The position numbers and the translations under genes are program-made. A stretch of 64,000 nt of DNA from Octopus sinensis (lineage: Eukaryota): NCBI RefSeq assembly GCF_006345805.1, contig NC_043013.1, positions 33,604,001-33,668,000 of the forward strand, given 5' to 3'. Shown piece by piece: positions 15,725-28,947 of the stretch. Each line of letters opens with the position of its first letter. The stretch's first letter is position 1. The notes under the pieces are model-generated. The model did not search any database. It had not been told where the DNA came from and saw only the letters and a program-made list of their open reading frames with translations.

Positions 15725-15802
15725 GCGGTACATATGTTTCGGGCCTTTATTAGACAGATTTATAACAATGCATAATGTATGTCTGTGGCCTTCTTCAGCC
15801 GC
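15725..15802 (-). ncRNA. Type I hammerhead ribozyme motif (PLE/retrozyme-like)
   Basis: Minus strand: helix I GCGG/CCGC, core CTGAAGA, extended imperfect helix II, GAA, palindromic helix III ACATATGT, cleavage triplet GTA. Confidence 0.65.
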
Positions 15803-15983
15803 GCACAACAGCTTCCACAAGGACATGTGTTACATCAAAAACTCTTGGTTGGGGATGCAAATCCTCTCATTCACGTACGACATAATGCGGCAGCAGCATA
15901 GAATTGAAGCGTCCATCTCTTTCTTCTCTCAATGTAGAATCTATCGATATATGTATGTAATATATATATATATATATATAATA

Positions 15984-16040
<57 letters not shown>

Positions 16041-16041
<1 letters not shown>

Positions 16042-16557
16042 AGGTGCGTAAGCTATTAGAGGACATACCTTTTTTTGGGGTCATTGCTGCATTTTTTGCT
16101 GACTCTCTATAATCTTTGTTTCAAAAAATAATAATGGCAGACCCTCAGATTACTCAAGAAATGAAGAAGCATGCTGTTATTGTGGTTATAAAGGCTGACC
16201 ATAGTGATTTAGAAATATCTCGATTTTTAAAAGTTAGCAGATTTTTCGCGTGCCAAGTTTGTAAGGAGTTAGAGACTGGAGTTGGAAACGTATTCCGTGT
16301 ATCATAGCATAAAAAGCATTCTAAACGCTCAGAAATCATCATAACACTTGAATTTATCCAGAAACTTCAAAAGACCATTGATTAATATCCCAGAAAGTCC
16401 AAGAGGTTAACTGCAAAGGTCTCCATGTGTCAGAAGGAAGAGTTAGAAATGTTTTCCACGAAGATGTCAGATATAAGTTTTATATGATGAAGAAAGGTCA
16501 ATTTGTCAGAAAAAGCCAAAGAAAATCACTACATCAGTACTAAAAGGTTCTTAAACT
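16041..16557 (+). pseudogene. Tc1/mariner transposase N-terminal remnant
   Basis: KKHAVIVVIKADHSDLEISRFLKVSRFFACQVCKELE, then frameshifted KHSKRSEII..EFIQKLQKTID and DVRYKFYMMKKGQF. Helix-turn-helix region of Tc1/mariner transposases, with stops and frameshifts. Confidence 0.7.
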
Positions 16558-16744
16558 CTTGACATTCTATGGTGGGGGGAGTCGGGCCGCATCCAAGTCA
16601 TAGCTCCCGGGTATCCACCTGCTGTCCGTTTTAGTACGCCTTAGGTGGGATTGGTTTCTCTGGTTTATAGCACTGCTGTGACGTGTGCTGTGGCCCTGAG
16701 AAGGGCTAAGTACCCGTTTCCAGATATGTGCGTGTGTGTACTTA

Positions 16745-17100
16745 TTCATTTTATCGACCTCAAAGTGGTGGAAGGCAAAGTAGACCTCGGCGGAATTTGA
16801 ACTCTGAACGAAGAGACGGGTGAAATGACGCTAAGCATTTTGCCCGACGTGTTAATAATAATAATGATAATAATAATAATGGTTTCAAATTTTTCCGCAA
16901 GGGCAGCGAATGTTCTTTTTTTGGGGGGGGGGGGGGTCGGCATGTGTCGTTTACATCGATCCTAGTGTGCAACAGGTACTAATTTTGTCGACCCCGAAAG
17001 ATTGTAAGGCAAAGTCAACCTAGGCGAAATTTGAACTAGATCGTAGCGACAGGCGAAATACCGCTAAAGATTTTGCGCAGTGTGTTAACTATTCTGCCTG
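16745..17100 (-). mobile_element. Two partial SINE family B copies
   Basis: Share TTTATCGACCCCGAAAG..AAAGGCAAAGTCGACCTCGGCGGAATTTGAACT with other B copies. This central block resembles the Meta-SINE domain (recollection, unverified). Confidence 0.8.
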
Positions 17101-17133
17101 CTTAATAATAATATAATAATAATAATAATAATA

Positions 17134-17187
<54 letters not shown>

Positions 17188-18149
17188 TTGTGATGATGAT
17201 GATAATAATAATAATCGTTTCAAGTTTTGGCACAAGGTCAGCAAATTTAGAGAAAAGGCTCAGTTGATTATATCGACCACAATAATGGTTCACATTTGCA
17301 AGAACTTTTACGGAGAAAATAGAGGTTAATGGATATGCTAAAGAAAGTACGCATCTTCATATAAAGTAGTGTGACCCGTGAATATTTCACAAAATTAATG
17401 GTGAACCTATGGGGTTATTTCTGAAAACCTTATCCAAAAATCCTGAAAGAATAGCCGGTGTTGTGATTGTATGAAAAGATAGTCGCTCATCTGTTATTCA
17501 TTGAAAAGTGAACGAAATTGGAATACGATGATTACTTAATGCACTTTTATATATACACGTTATATACTTAACACACAATTTTATAGACTTAATACACAGC
17601 ACTTATAAAATAAATATTCACTCCTATTTTTCCATTTTTCCTATAAAAAAATCCCGTACATATGATACAACCTTTAGTTAAATTGCATATGTCTGCCACG
17701 TAGATAATATTTTACGGAATTGCACCTATGCGCATGCGTTAAGTAATAGTTGATATAAAAAACTTAGTTCAATTGAAAAATATACTTTTCCCTATTCAAC
17801 CACCACCACCACCACCACCACCTCTGTTACACCTCTCTCTCTCTCTCCCCCTCTCTCTTCCTGTCTTTCTTTAACTTTACACTCAGAACACCCTTCTGCT
17901 ATAATTAATACGTTCCCCCTATTTCATGTCATGGATGCTTCTGTCTCTCTTTTTCTCTTTCCATCTCTTTATCTCTCTTTCTCTTTCTTTCTTCCTCTTT
18001 CTGTCTAACTCTTTGCCTTATCCTCTTTTTCTCTTTCCTTTTTCTGTCTCCCCTTTCTCACTCCAACTTATCACGTGAAAGCGTTACCGACGGTCTAAGT
18101 AACGCAATGACAAGCAGCATTATTATAAAATATATATTTTTCGTTTTCT

Positions 18150-18535
18150 ATTATTTGTTTTAGCCATTAGATTTCGGCCATGCTGGGGCACAGCCTTGAT
18201 GAATTTTTAGTCACATGAATCGATCTCAGTGTAATTGTTTTTAAAGCTTGGTATTATTCTAACGGTCGATTTTACCCAACCGCTAAGTTACATTACGAGG
18301 GCGTAAATACAGCATCAACGGTTGTCATTCGGTGGGGGTACAAAATACACACACACATACACACAAGTAATATATATATATATATATATATATACGACGG
18401 TCTTCTTTCAGTTTACGTCTACGAAATTCACTCACAAGGCTTTGGTCGGACCTAGACTATAGAACTGAAGGTGCCACAAAGTGGGACTGAACCGGGGACC
18501 ATGTGGTTGGGAAGCAAACTTCTTACCACTCAGCG
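18150..18535 (-). mobile_element. SINE family A, diverged
   Basis: Recognisable head, core and tail. Confidence 0.75.
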
Positions 18536-18929
18536 ATTGATGCGCCTAAATTCATATATTTATATTTTAATCAAACATACACAAGTGAAAGCTGGTTTGT
18601 ATTTGTTTCCTCGTGCGTGTGTGTTTTGGAGTATTATGCGTGTATACTGTGTGTGTGTGTGTGTGTGTGTGTGGGTGTGTGTGTGTGTGTGTGTGTGTGT
18701 ATGTACAAAATTCATATATTATTGCTCAACCTGATTTTAGTGCCAATTTGAGATAGGCACTATGTATGAATCACATGAAGGTTGAGTTGAAGGGAGAAGT
18801 TCCGTTTTTTTTTTTCATTAATTATTTATAAATGTTCTGTTAGCTTGCTTACGGTAATTATAATGTTTACCACATATAGGAAATGCAAATATGGAAATAA
18901 AGTGATCACAAGGTACATGGCATTGATGA

Positions 18930-19300
18930 GAAGGAACAAGGTTGACTTCTGAATATTTATAACTGTAATGACAACACCGAGTATTTATGAATACTGCCTG
19001 AATGACAGAATTTTAAATTCTGGCCAATTCTCTAAATGTGAAATTAGTAAATTGAATCCTTTCCTTCGACATCACAGTTAAGATGTATTGGTGAACTCGT
19101 CGGAACGAGTGACAACAGAATTCCAAATGCACTTATGTATAACCAGCTGTATGATACCTGGAGAAGCATAGGAAGACCATGGTTAATGTACATCTATAAG
19201 CTGAAAGTTAGACCGAAATGACAAACATTCTCGCAGAAACGTTTGGAAAAGCTGATATGGACTGTAATAATTATAGGTTCACTTGCTATAAAGCTATAAA
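18930..19300 (+). pseudogene. RTE-clade LINE C-terminal remnant
   Basis: Translates as CIGELVGTSDNRIPNALMYNQLYDTWRSIGRPWLMYIYKLK, matching the RTE pattern RW.GH..RM.D.RIPK..LYG.L....RS.GRP.LRYKD.LK. Confidence 0.6.
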
Positions 19301-20026
19301 ATATTATATCGGGATTATCTTAAAGGATAGAGAGCAAAAGTAAACTACAAAGTAACATACAAACTAACAAACAAGTCGATCGAAGATAGAAAAATAGGTA
19401 ATGTGTGTATATGCATATTTCGGGAGTAGTTGCTCCTTCCTCAGTAGCACATCCAAGCCATCAACCCTACCCGGACACATTGCTTAAAGAGCAAGCTGCT
19501 ATATGAATAATATATACGTGGTTGTACATTATGGTTGCATATTGAAATTGATAAGTGCGGACCACTTGCTAAGAATATGCTTAATATATAAAATTGGTGT
19601 ACACACGTGGTTTTCATCGCAATATTTAGTAGCTATTGCAGCAATCTCTTCGTGGTTGGTTATTGTATTTTATCCTCGTTCGTATTCTTTACATTAGGCA
19701 TATTCGTGTATGAAACGTCGTAAATCTCAGTGCTGCTTAGAATTTCTCTAGAGAAGTCTGGAGAGATAACCTTAAAATGTGATTTAAAAGCACGGCTAAC
19801 ACAGTAGGACATAGTATTGAATTAAAAAGCCTTTAATTTGACTTGATGGTATATCATATTTGCATAAATATATACAGTGGCCCTACAAGAAATTAATATA
19901 TAATGTATTATCTCGTCGTTTTATACGTACACACACATAATACATACATAGATATATAGATACATGCATACATAAAAGATTGCATGTATGCATACATGCA
20001 TACATACATATATACACGAAGAGCTA

Positions 20027-20290
20027 TTGGCTCATCCCATAAATAATGCGGTTTTTTATACTTCTTTTAGTTTTCAACTTTAAGATAAGCAAAGTCCTTT
20101 TTTAATCTAGAATATACTCTCCTTCATTTTCCACAATGCTCTCCCATCTATCTGGTAGACTTGCAAGAGGCCTCTCTTCCAAATTTCACTTGTCCGTTAC
20201 GAAAAATACTCCTCCAGTACTGTTTTGACCTCGTCTATAGAATACTTACCATACAGCCACTCCTGTTTGTGAACATCTTTAAACCTGAAA
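20027..20290 (-). pseudogene. Mariner transposase C-terminal remnant with TIR
   Basis: Minus strand DEVKTVLEEYFS*RTSE(fs)WKRGLASLPDRWESIVENEGEYILD*. Mariner-like TIR after TA at 20025-20026. Confidence 0.7.
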
Positions 20291-20326
20291 TGAATTAGTT
20301 TGCGAGTGTGTGTATACATTCCTACG

Positions 20327-20396
<70 letters not shown>

Positions 20397-20697
20397 CATA
20401 TATGTATGTATGTGCGTGTATTCGTACGGATTATGTGTATGCCATTTGAAGAGAGGCAACATGAAACACTGAGCAGCAACAATCACAGATTCAGCTTTGA
20501 AAAATAGTGTTATTTCTTTCTACGTGCGAGTATTCGGTACGGGTTTGCTTAATTGCAATTCACACTCGTGTGAAACCATGTTACGCTATATATACGCTTA
20601 TAAATATACATCTATATCTATATACGTGTGTGTGTGTGCGCGCGTGTGCGTGTGCCTGGCTGATATATACATATACATATATATATATATATATATC

Positions 20698-20770
<73 letters not shown>

Positions 20771-21604
20771 TAAATGCATACACACACACATGTATACGCA
20801 CACACACGCATGCATATATATTCAAACGTTCTTGCATACATGCATACATGCATACACAAATTGGCATGCACGTGTGTGAGTGCGTGTATTACATACACAC
20901 ATATATTTATATACATATATACATTTATATGTTTGTATGTGTGTGTATGTGTGTATGTGTGTGTGTGTGTGTGTGTCTCTGCTTGCGCTAACATTTTTGT
21001 ATGCATATGTTTCACCATTAATATATGTACACGTGTAGCAACAACTTTAACATTGGATAGAAATAATAAGTATATACCATATAATTGTCTTTGTACAACT
21101 TTCTATATACCTCTTATCCCATCTCTTTGGCTCTCTTTCTTCCTTTCTAATTCTTTCTTTATTGTAATCTCACCTCACAACTCTCACACTCTCCTCTCTC
21201 TGTCTCTCTATCTATCTATCCATCTGTCTTTCTTTCCTTCTTTCTTTCTATTCCCTTTTCCAATACAGAACTGTCCTTACCTACAAATGCAATTATTCGC
21301 ATGCAACCAGAAATAATTGTCTTGTGCAGGAATAAAGAACAATTCCAGTAGCTTTTATCATAAGGAATCTTTTACATTTTCTTCCATTCATTAATTTCTT
21401 GTACCGGAAACAAGCAAATTCCAACAGTATAGTTCCTGATCTTTGACACAAATTGAAATATTTGTTGTAAGCAAAAAGAAAAGGAGATTAAAGTCAGTTG
21501 AAGTGACACGGGTGACGGCAGAGATGAGGGTAAGAAATAAATAGAAATGAAAAATAATGTTATTACTCCATGATCTCTATTTCTCTTTCTCATTTACTCA
21601 TTCA

Positions 21605-21647
<43 letters not shown>

Positions 21648-22537
21648 TTTGTATATATTTATACGTGTTCTAGTAGATGTGTTCGTACGTATAAAAACAA
21701 AGAAACTGGGATAGACAATTATCGAAATAACAAGTATATTCTTCATATATCTGTACGTAGATGTATGAGTATTACAATCGTACACACCTTTATACACATA
21801 CACACATACATGAGCATATACATACACGGGCATGCACATACAAGGGTATATATATACACACGTATATATACAGACACATAATAAACATTCATATACACAC
21901 GCACCCACCCTCAACACATATATATATATATATGCGTGTGTGTATATGTGTTTGTCCCTACGTGTTTTAGGGTTGATTGTAACAGATGCTTACCTGTTCT
22001 GCTTCATTTGCGAAATTAACAGAAAATGTAGTAACTTCTAATCCTCTTAATGTCGATTTCAGATTTGTAGTGTAGTGTATGAATTCATTGAATCGTGTGG
22101 TTATCACAGAAAGCTCCGCTAGCCAGTTCGGCTAGCAAAACACAAGGCTGTTTACTACAGAGCAGTACAAAGCAGAACTCTATATAGATGAAATCCAAAA
22201 GATTCGATCGATGAGAATATTTTACGAGGGGTATGTAAACTATACAAATTCAGGTGGTACGAGAAGTAAATGTATTTATTCAACCACATATAAACTTTAG
22301 GATTACGGCCGTTTCGATGCCGTCCTCGTGTAATAATAATTTCAATATTTTATAAATTATGCTTACATGTCTGCAAATATGCATTCTATTCATTCTACAA
22401 TTATAGCGTATTCACAAATCAGAGCAGATAAAGAATGCTTGCTCATCTAATCACCAGAACATCAGGGTTATATTGTTATATCAATGTTTTAAATGTAAGT
22501 ATTAATATAAGAATAATGATAAATCTCAGAGCGAGTT

Positions 22538-23015
22538 GCAAATACTGATAGGGCACAGAAAGTGTGTCTATAGCCAGCTGGAGGAGGTGTCCTCCTGGGG
22601 CTACAAACTACAGTAGCATCCACCCTTAGGGGTTAGCCATATTCAAATGGCAAATATACGTCACGATGTGTTGCTGCTACTGTTTATAACTCTGAGATTT
22701 ATCATTGTTTGATTTCACTTTTTCAATATCAGTGTCAATCGATACTGGAAAAAGTATATGTATTTGTGAAGGGAACCGACTTCTCATCGACAACTATGAT
22801 TGTCACACGCCGATGACGGGTCAATACCCTGAAACTCGAGATCGTGTGTATCATAAGTTGTAGACGGGAAGGATGGCTTCCCTTCGCAAATACTGATAGG
22901 GCACAGGAAGTGTGTCTATAGCCAGCTGGAGGAGGTGTCCTCCTGGGGCTACAAACTACAGTAGCATCTACCCTTAGGGGTTAGCCATATATAAATGGCA
23001 AATATACGTCACGAT
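22538..23015 (+). mobile_element. Partial tandem (period 348 nt) of a hammerhead-containing unit (retrozyme/pLTR-like)
   Basis: 130-bp direct repeats at 22538-22667 and 22886-23015. HHR-like core CCGATGA..GGGT/ACCC..GAAA at 22804-22848, at the apex of a long stem 22760-22893. Confidence 0.7.
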
Positions 23016-23035
23016 ATTAATATAAAATTTTCTCT

Positions 23036-23456
23036 TTTTACTCTTTTACTTATTTACTTGTTTGAGTCATTTTTACTGTGGACATGCTGGAGCACCACTT
23101 TTAGTCGAGCAAATCGACCCCAGGAGTTATTCTCTTTAAGCCTAGTATGTATTCTATCGGTCTCTTTTGCCGAACCGCTAAGTTACGTGGCCATAAACAC
23201 ACTAGCATCGGTTGTCAAGCGATGTTGGGGGGACAAACACAGACATACAAACATATATACACACACACACATACATACATATACACATATATACGACGGG
23301 CTTCTTTCATTTTCCATCCACCAAATCCACTCGCAAGGCTTCGGTCGACCCGAGGCTATAGTAGAAGACACTTGTCCAAGATGCCACGCAGTGGGACCTG
23401 AACTCGGAACCATGTGGCCGGTAAGCAACCTACTTACCACACAGCCATTCCTACGC
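23036..23456 (-). mobile_element. SINE family A, full length
   Basis: Family head, microsatellite and tail. Confidence 0.9.
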
Positions 23457-24436
23457 TTTTATGTATAAAATATATGGAAGACCGACACCATGTGCGTATT
23501 TGCAACCGATATTCAGATGTAAGCGTTTATATCTGTTTATTTGTATTTATATCGGACGTATATGCATGTTTTAGTGCATGTATTTATGTTTGCTTGTGTG
23601 TATACTAATGTTTGTTCCCGTCCGTTCTGTATGTTCATTAATGTGTGCGAAAGTACACAACTGTGTGAATGGGGTTGTGTATCACTTAGCATTATTTTAT
23701 TCTTTTAAGTGTTCCATCCATAAAACTGCGTCATGCTGGGGCACCACCGTATGTTAATGCTATTTTTGCGTGTGTTTCATGTTTTTATGTAGGTGCGAAT
23801 ATTTTTTTGGGTTTCACAACAGTTCATAGAGTCAGAAAGTATTTCAAGGTCTTTTGGCTTTTAACCTTATTTGAAAATTACTGCTGTTAAATACCACCTC
23901 TTGCTTTAATATCTATGGTTAATATATATTCATATGTACACACACACACACACACACGATTGTAGTTAGCCATTTAGATATTGTCAACATTCTTGCAATT
24001 TTCTTCGGTTAATGCTGGAGAAAAGGATGTTTTAATATGTATGCCATGAGATACTTACTGCTCTTGTTGTCTCCGTTCGCTACCATCGATTTGAAATGTC
24101 ATTATTTACCGAGGTAACAACAGTTTCATGTGCAGAATAGAACTACGTTTACAATTCATATTTTTTTAAAGCCAGTTGTAATACTAAGATGCTGCATGAA
24201 CGGTAACTGTTCATATTCTCATTATCCATTTGCTTATAACTTGAATGAAAAGCAGAAAAGTATAAATTTTCACCTGTTTTACATTATCTATCCGTCCTCT
24301 ACAGATATTTCTACGGTACAAAACATCATTATACATATGATTACGCAATTGAATTATATTTTAACAAATTAATGTATAAATGATGTGTTACCCATTCCCT
24401 CGGGAGTAACATATTAATCAGGAAACCGTTACTGAT

Positions 24437-24700
24437 TAATAATAATAATAATAATAATGAAATGATTGTATACAGTGCTCAGGTGCACCGCAACTTGTCA
24501 AAAGTGCAAAGAAAGTATATGCAGTAATGTACAAATGTCTGGAGAGTGAACAGTGTATGAGTCAGATTCATGCTTGCGTGTGTATGGAGGGGAGAAAATC
24601 AGGTATAGTGTTGGCGAATCTCAGGAAGCATGGAAGTTTTGAAGGATGCAGTGCTCCGACAACTAACAACTGATGCCGGCAGTTTTCTCGAACACTTTTG
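24437..24700 (-). mobile_element. CR1/L2-group LINE 3' end with (ATT)n tail
   Basis: Minus strand ASVVSCRSTASFKTSMLPEIRQHYT* (VV....SFK terminus), then a 3' UTR and a trinucleotide tail. Confidence 0.55.
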
Positions 24701-25107
24701 GTTATGATTGACTTTGAGTTTTTTTAGAAGGAATAAACACCCATGTTAGAGTGTCTCAAAAATTTTTAGCGGTTAATTTTGTTATAGTTAATTTTACTGG
24801 TTTAACCACAGGAGAAGATATGGCACTCATTAACGATTTCAGCTCCCGGCTGAAGAAATAGAGGAAGTTATCCTCAGAAACAAAACCAAGCACAAATGTT
24901 CTCAACGTAGTGGAAACCAGCAAAATCACCCAAGATGTATATGTAGCATTGGATCCGGTAACTGATTATGTCTATGATACAAGAAACGGAACGGCCAATT
25001 TTTATAGGTTTGTACACATATTCCCTATTCCAAATTTCCTCCAAAGGGCGACTGCCAGAATGATGTAGATGCCTCTGATGATTAAGGTCGTTCATCAATT
25101 TTATAAA

Positions 25108-25322
25108 GGCGGCCAACTGGCAGAAATGTTAGCACGCCGAGCGAAATGCGTAGCCGTAATTCGTCTGCCGTTACGTTCTGGGTTCAAATTCCGCCGAGGT
25201 CGAATTTGCCTTTCATCCTTTCGGGGTCGAGAAATTAAGTACCAGTTATGCACTAGGGTCGATATAATCGACTTAATACGTTTGTCTGTCCTTGTTTGTC
25301 CCCTTGTGAGTAGTAAAGAAAT
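25108..25322 (+). mobile_element. SINE family B, full length
   Basis: Head GGCGGCCAACTGGCAGAAATGTTAGC, B-box-like GGTTCAAATTCC, central block, tail CCCCTTGTGAGTAGTAAAGAAATA. Confidence 0.9.
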
Positions 25323-25908
25323 ATATTCCAAATTTCATCCAAAGTCTTTGTTAAAAAAAAAAAAACCTGCCTAAACTGTTAACATGGTAGATTCGAACCT
25401 GAAGTCACATAGTTGCAAAGCGAACTCTCGTGCCACTCAGTAGCGCATGCGCTCATGTTGATTATTTATAAACTGTTTCAGCGATTGTTATTATATTATC
25501 GGTTTTTGCTTCAAAGTGTAATATCGGTGTTGTCTAGAATATAATTTGTGAAATTATAGCTATTAGGTTTGTGCTTACACTTGTATTTGCCGTTGTATAT
25601 TCGAAACATATTCAAAATTGCTAATCAATACAATTGCTAGTATAGTGGTTATTGGTTTAGATTATGTTGATGGGAAAGATTACTCCAGCAAGGATATCGA
25701 GCGTGAAAGGTAGCTTCAAAAGCGTCTGAAGGAGAGTGGTGTCATTTTTGTCGTTCATGTATTGACTTGGCTAGAAAGGCTCTCGGTAGATAGCAGATAT
25801 CTGTGCATCTGAATCTTTAATGCTTAAATCTAAATACGCTACGGTGTGCAGCTGAATAACGTATAAAATATTCTAAAAATTAAAGAAGAAACCTCAACGT
25901 AAACACAG

Positions 25909-25964
<56 letters not shown>

Positions 25965-26227
25965 ATTACCGAAATATGAATGTCAACTAACACACCGTAT
26001 AGACTCACTGCAGTGAATTATTATTATTGATGTTTTTGGTTTAATCCGAGGTCAGCCTATAATCAAAGACATACCACAAGTGACCATCTTAGTCTTTTTT
26101 TTCTCGTATGAAAGACTGTTATTGCCCAATATTTTCTTCGATTGTTAATTAGAGATAGGTTATGAGTTGAGTGAAATTTGGCTCTGTCGTCTAGTTGTAG
26201 AAAGGAAACAAAAGCTAAGCCTTAATT

Positions 26228-26616
26228 CTCTTTTACTTGTTTCAGTCATCTTACTGCAGCCATGCTGGAGCACCACTTTTAGTCGAGCAAATCGACCCCA
26301 GGACTTATTCTTTGGAAGCCTAGTACTTATTCTATTGGTCTCTTTTGCCGAACCGCTAAGTTACCAGGACATAAACACAGCAGCATCGGTTGTCAAGCGA
26401 TGTTTGGGGGACAAACAAAGGCACACAAACATATACACACACATACATATATATATATACATATATATACGACGGGCTTCTTTTAGTACCAAATCCACTC
26501 ACAAGTCTTTGGTCGGCCCGACGCTATAGTAGAAGACACTTGCCCAAGGTGCAACGCAGTGGGACTGAAACCGGACACATGTGGCTGGTAAGCAACCTAC
26601 TTACCACACAGCCTAC
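26228..26616 (-). mobile_element. SINE family A, full length
   Basis: Family head and tail. Confidence 0.9.
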
Positions 26617-26794
26617 ATGCTCTATCGGTAAAGGGAGAAATTTTCAAAGAAATAGGAATTAATTTTACAGTAAATTGAAAGATTAGATTTCACGCTAATT
26701 TGAATTTTTATTCCAATGAAAAAACAGTGCTCAACTGGTACCCTCGGCAGCATTTGAAACTCCGGCAGCATTAACCACTACGCCATATGCACTT

Positions 26795-26869
26795 GGGCAT
26801 ATGGCGTAGTGGTTAAGGGCGTGGGCTACTAACCTCAAGATTCCGAGTTCGCTTTCAGGCAGTGACCTG

Positions 26870-26928
<59 letters not shown>

Positions 26929-27139
26929 GATGATGATGATGATGATGATATAATAATAATAATAATGATAATAATAATAACATCGAAAAATACCTTAGGC
27001 ATGAGAACCTAGGTTCGAAATTTCCCCACGACACTTGGTGAAGGCTGGAAACGTTGTAATAACAACAAATAATATGAGGACAAATATCCGTCAAATGTAA
27101 ATAATGTACATAATTCCTCATCTCTTAAATATAGAACTG
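26795..27139 (+). mobile_element. Solo tRNA-headed Penelope pLTR unit (SINE-like)
   Basis: tRNA-like head (TGGCGTAGTGG, GAGTTCGCTTTC), (AAT)n, internally deleted HHR at 27030-27055, ending AAATATAGAACTG. Same unit as 55773-56016. Confidence 0.8.
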
Positions 27140-27144
27140 TGTTA

Positions 27145-27510
27145 CTTTCTTTATCGACCATAAGCAAAGTCAACCTCAACGGAATTAGAATGTAAAGACA
27201 CACGAAATGCCAATGAGCATTTTTCCTGCCGCGATAACGATTCTGTCAGCTCGCCCTCTTCAAAACAACTTTAATATTAATGGTAATAACAATTGTTTCG
27301 AATTTTGGCACTAGGAAAATGATTTTATGAAGAAGGTGGAGGAGTCGATTACGTCAACCCCAGTATCTGAGTCGTTTTTCATTTTCCGGCTGGAAAGGAT
27401 GAAAGACAAAGTAGATCCCCGTGTGAATTTTTTCAACTCAGAACGTGAAGATCCCGAAGAAAAGACGTTTAGCATTTCGTCCGACGCTCTAATGATTCTA
27501 GCAGCTCGCC
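27145..27510 (-). mobile_element. Two diverged SINE family B copies
   Basis: B central block and head recognisable at about 27145-27262 and 27290-27510. Confidence 0.7.
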
Positions 27511-27553
27511 ACCTTAATAACAACAAAAACCAGCAACAACAACGACGATGCCG

Positions 27554-27599
<46 letters not shown>

Positions 27600-27618
27600 A
27601 AATAATAATAATAATAAT

Positions 27619-27656
<38 letters not shown>

Positions 27657-28260
27657 CAACAACAACAATAATAACAAACAATGAAAAAACAGCGTTAAGG
27701 TTAAATAATGCTATTTTATTGAAGTTATATTGTAAATATTAACCGATTTAAAATTAGTAATATAGCGATCAATGTAGTAACAACAACAACAATAATAACA
27801 ATAATAACAATAAGAATAGCAATAACAACAACAACAACAACTACAAAATGATCATATCTCAGTAGATCATTGATAGAAGTTATAGTCAGAAAGGGTATGT
27901 GCTTGTAGAGACGTGTGTCATTAAGGAGTTGGGTAGAAGGGTGGAAACCATATTTCATTACAACCGCCATGTTTTATCGATGAATCCTTTTATTACTCAA
28001 GATTATCTGAAATATCACGAAATCTGTTTAGACATTAATGTCTTTCCGGAAGAAATTCGATTTAAACACACACACACACACACACACACTCACATTCACA
28101 AGCGCGTACACCCACTCAAGCACGCGGAGTCGCGCATACGCGCACACCTTTACAATCATACGCAGGGGCGCATACAGACACGCGCTCAAGGACTCTCTCA
28201 CTTGCATTTATATACGCATATATATATGTATACATATATTTGTAGAACTTTCTTACTTAA

Positions 28261-28576
28261 GACTCCGCCGGTTACGACGACGAGGGTCCCAGCTGATACG
28301 ATCAACGGAACAGCTTGCTCGTGAAATTAACGTGCAAATGGCTGAGCATTCCACAGACACGTGTACCCTTAACGTAGTTCTCGGGGATAATCAGCGTGAC
28401 ACAGAGAGTGACAAGGCTGACCCTTTGAAATACAAGTACAACTCATTTTTGCCAGCTGAGTGGACTGGAGCAACGTGAAATAAAGTGTCTTGCTCAAGGA
28501 CACAACGCGTCGCCGGGAATCGAACTCACAACCTTACGATCATGAGCCGAATGCCCTAACCACTAAGCCACGCGCC
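28261..28576 (-). mobile_element. tRNA-derived SINE family C, full length
   Basis: Head GGCGCGTGGCTTAGTGGTTAGG..GAGTTCGATTCC, CORE-like block TTGTGTCCTTGAGCAAGACACTTT, tail GGGACCCTCGTCGTCGTAACCG. Confidence 0.9.
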
Positions 28577-28730
28577 CTCACAATTTGTAGAACTATATAT
28601 ATTATATCATACAGTATTATACAATATTATACTTGAATTCAATTTTACACAAACGTATATATCCGTACACATATATATATGTCTGAATATATATGTATAT
28701 TATCTGTATGCCCGATTCTACATGTATATA

Positions 28731-28905
28731 GGCGCAGGAGTGGCTGTGTGGTAACTTGCTTATCAACCACATGGTTCCGGGCTCAGTCACACTGCGTGGC
28801 ACCTTGGTCAGGTGTCTTATACTATAGACTCAAGCCGACCAAAACCTTGTAAGTAGATTTGGTAGACGGAAACTGAAAGAAGCCCGTCGTATATATGTAT
28901 GTATA

Positions 28906-28947
<42 letters not shown>

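Noticed and set aside
24850-24890. CTGAAGA-AATA-GAGG..CCTC-A-GAAAC as a hammerhead
   Set aside because: Extra bases flank helix II and there is no helix I or III. The surrounding DNA may be a very decayed Tc1-like remnant, also unsupported.
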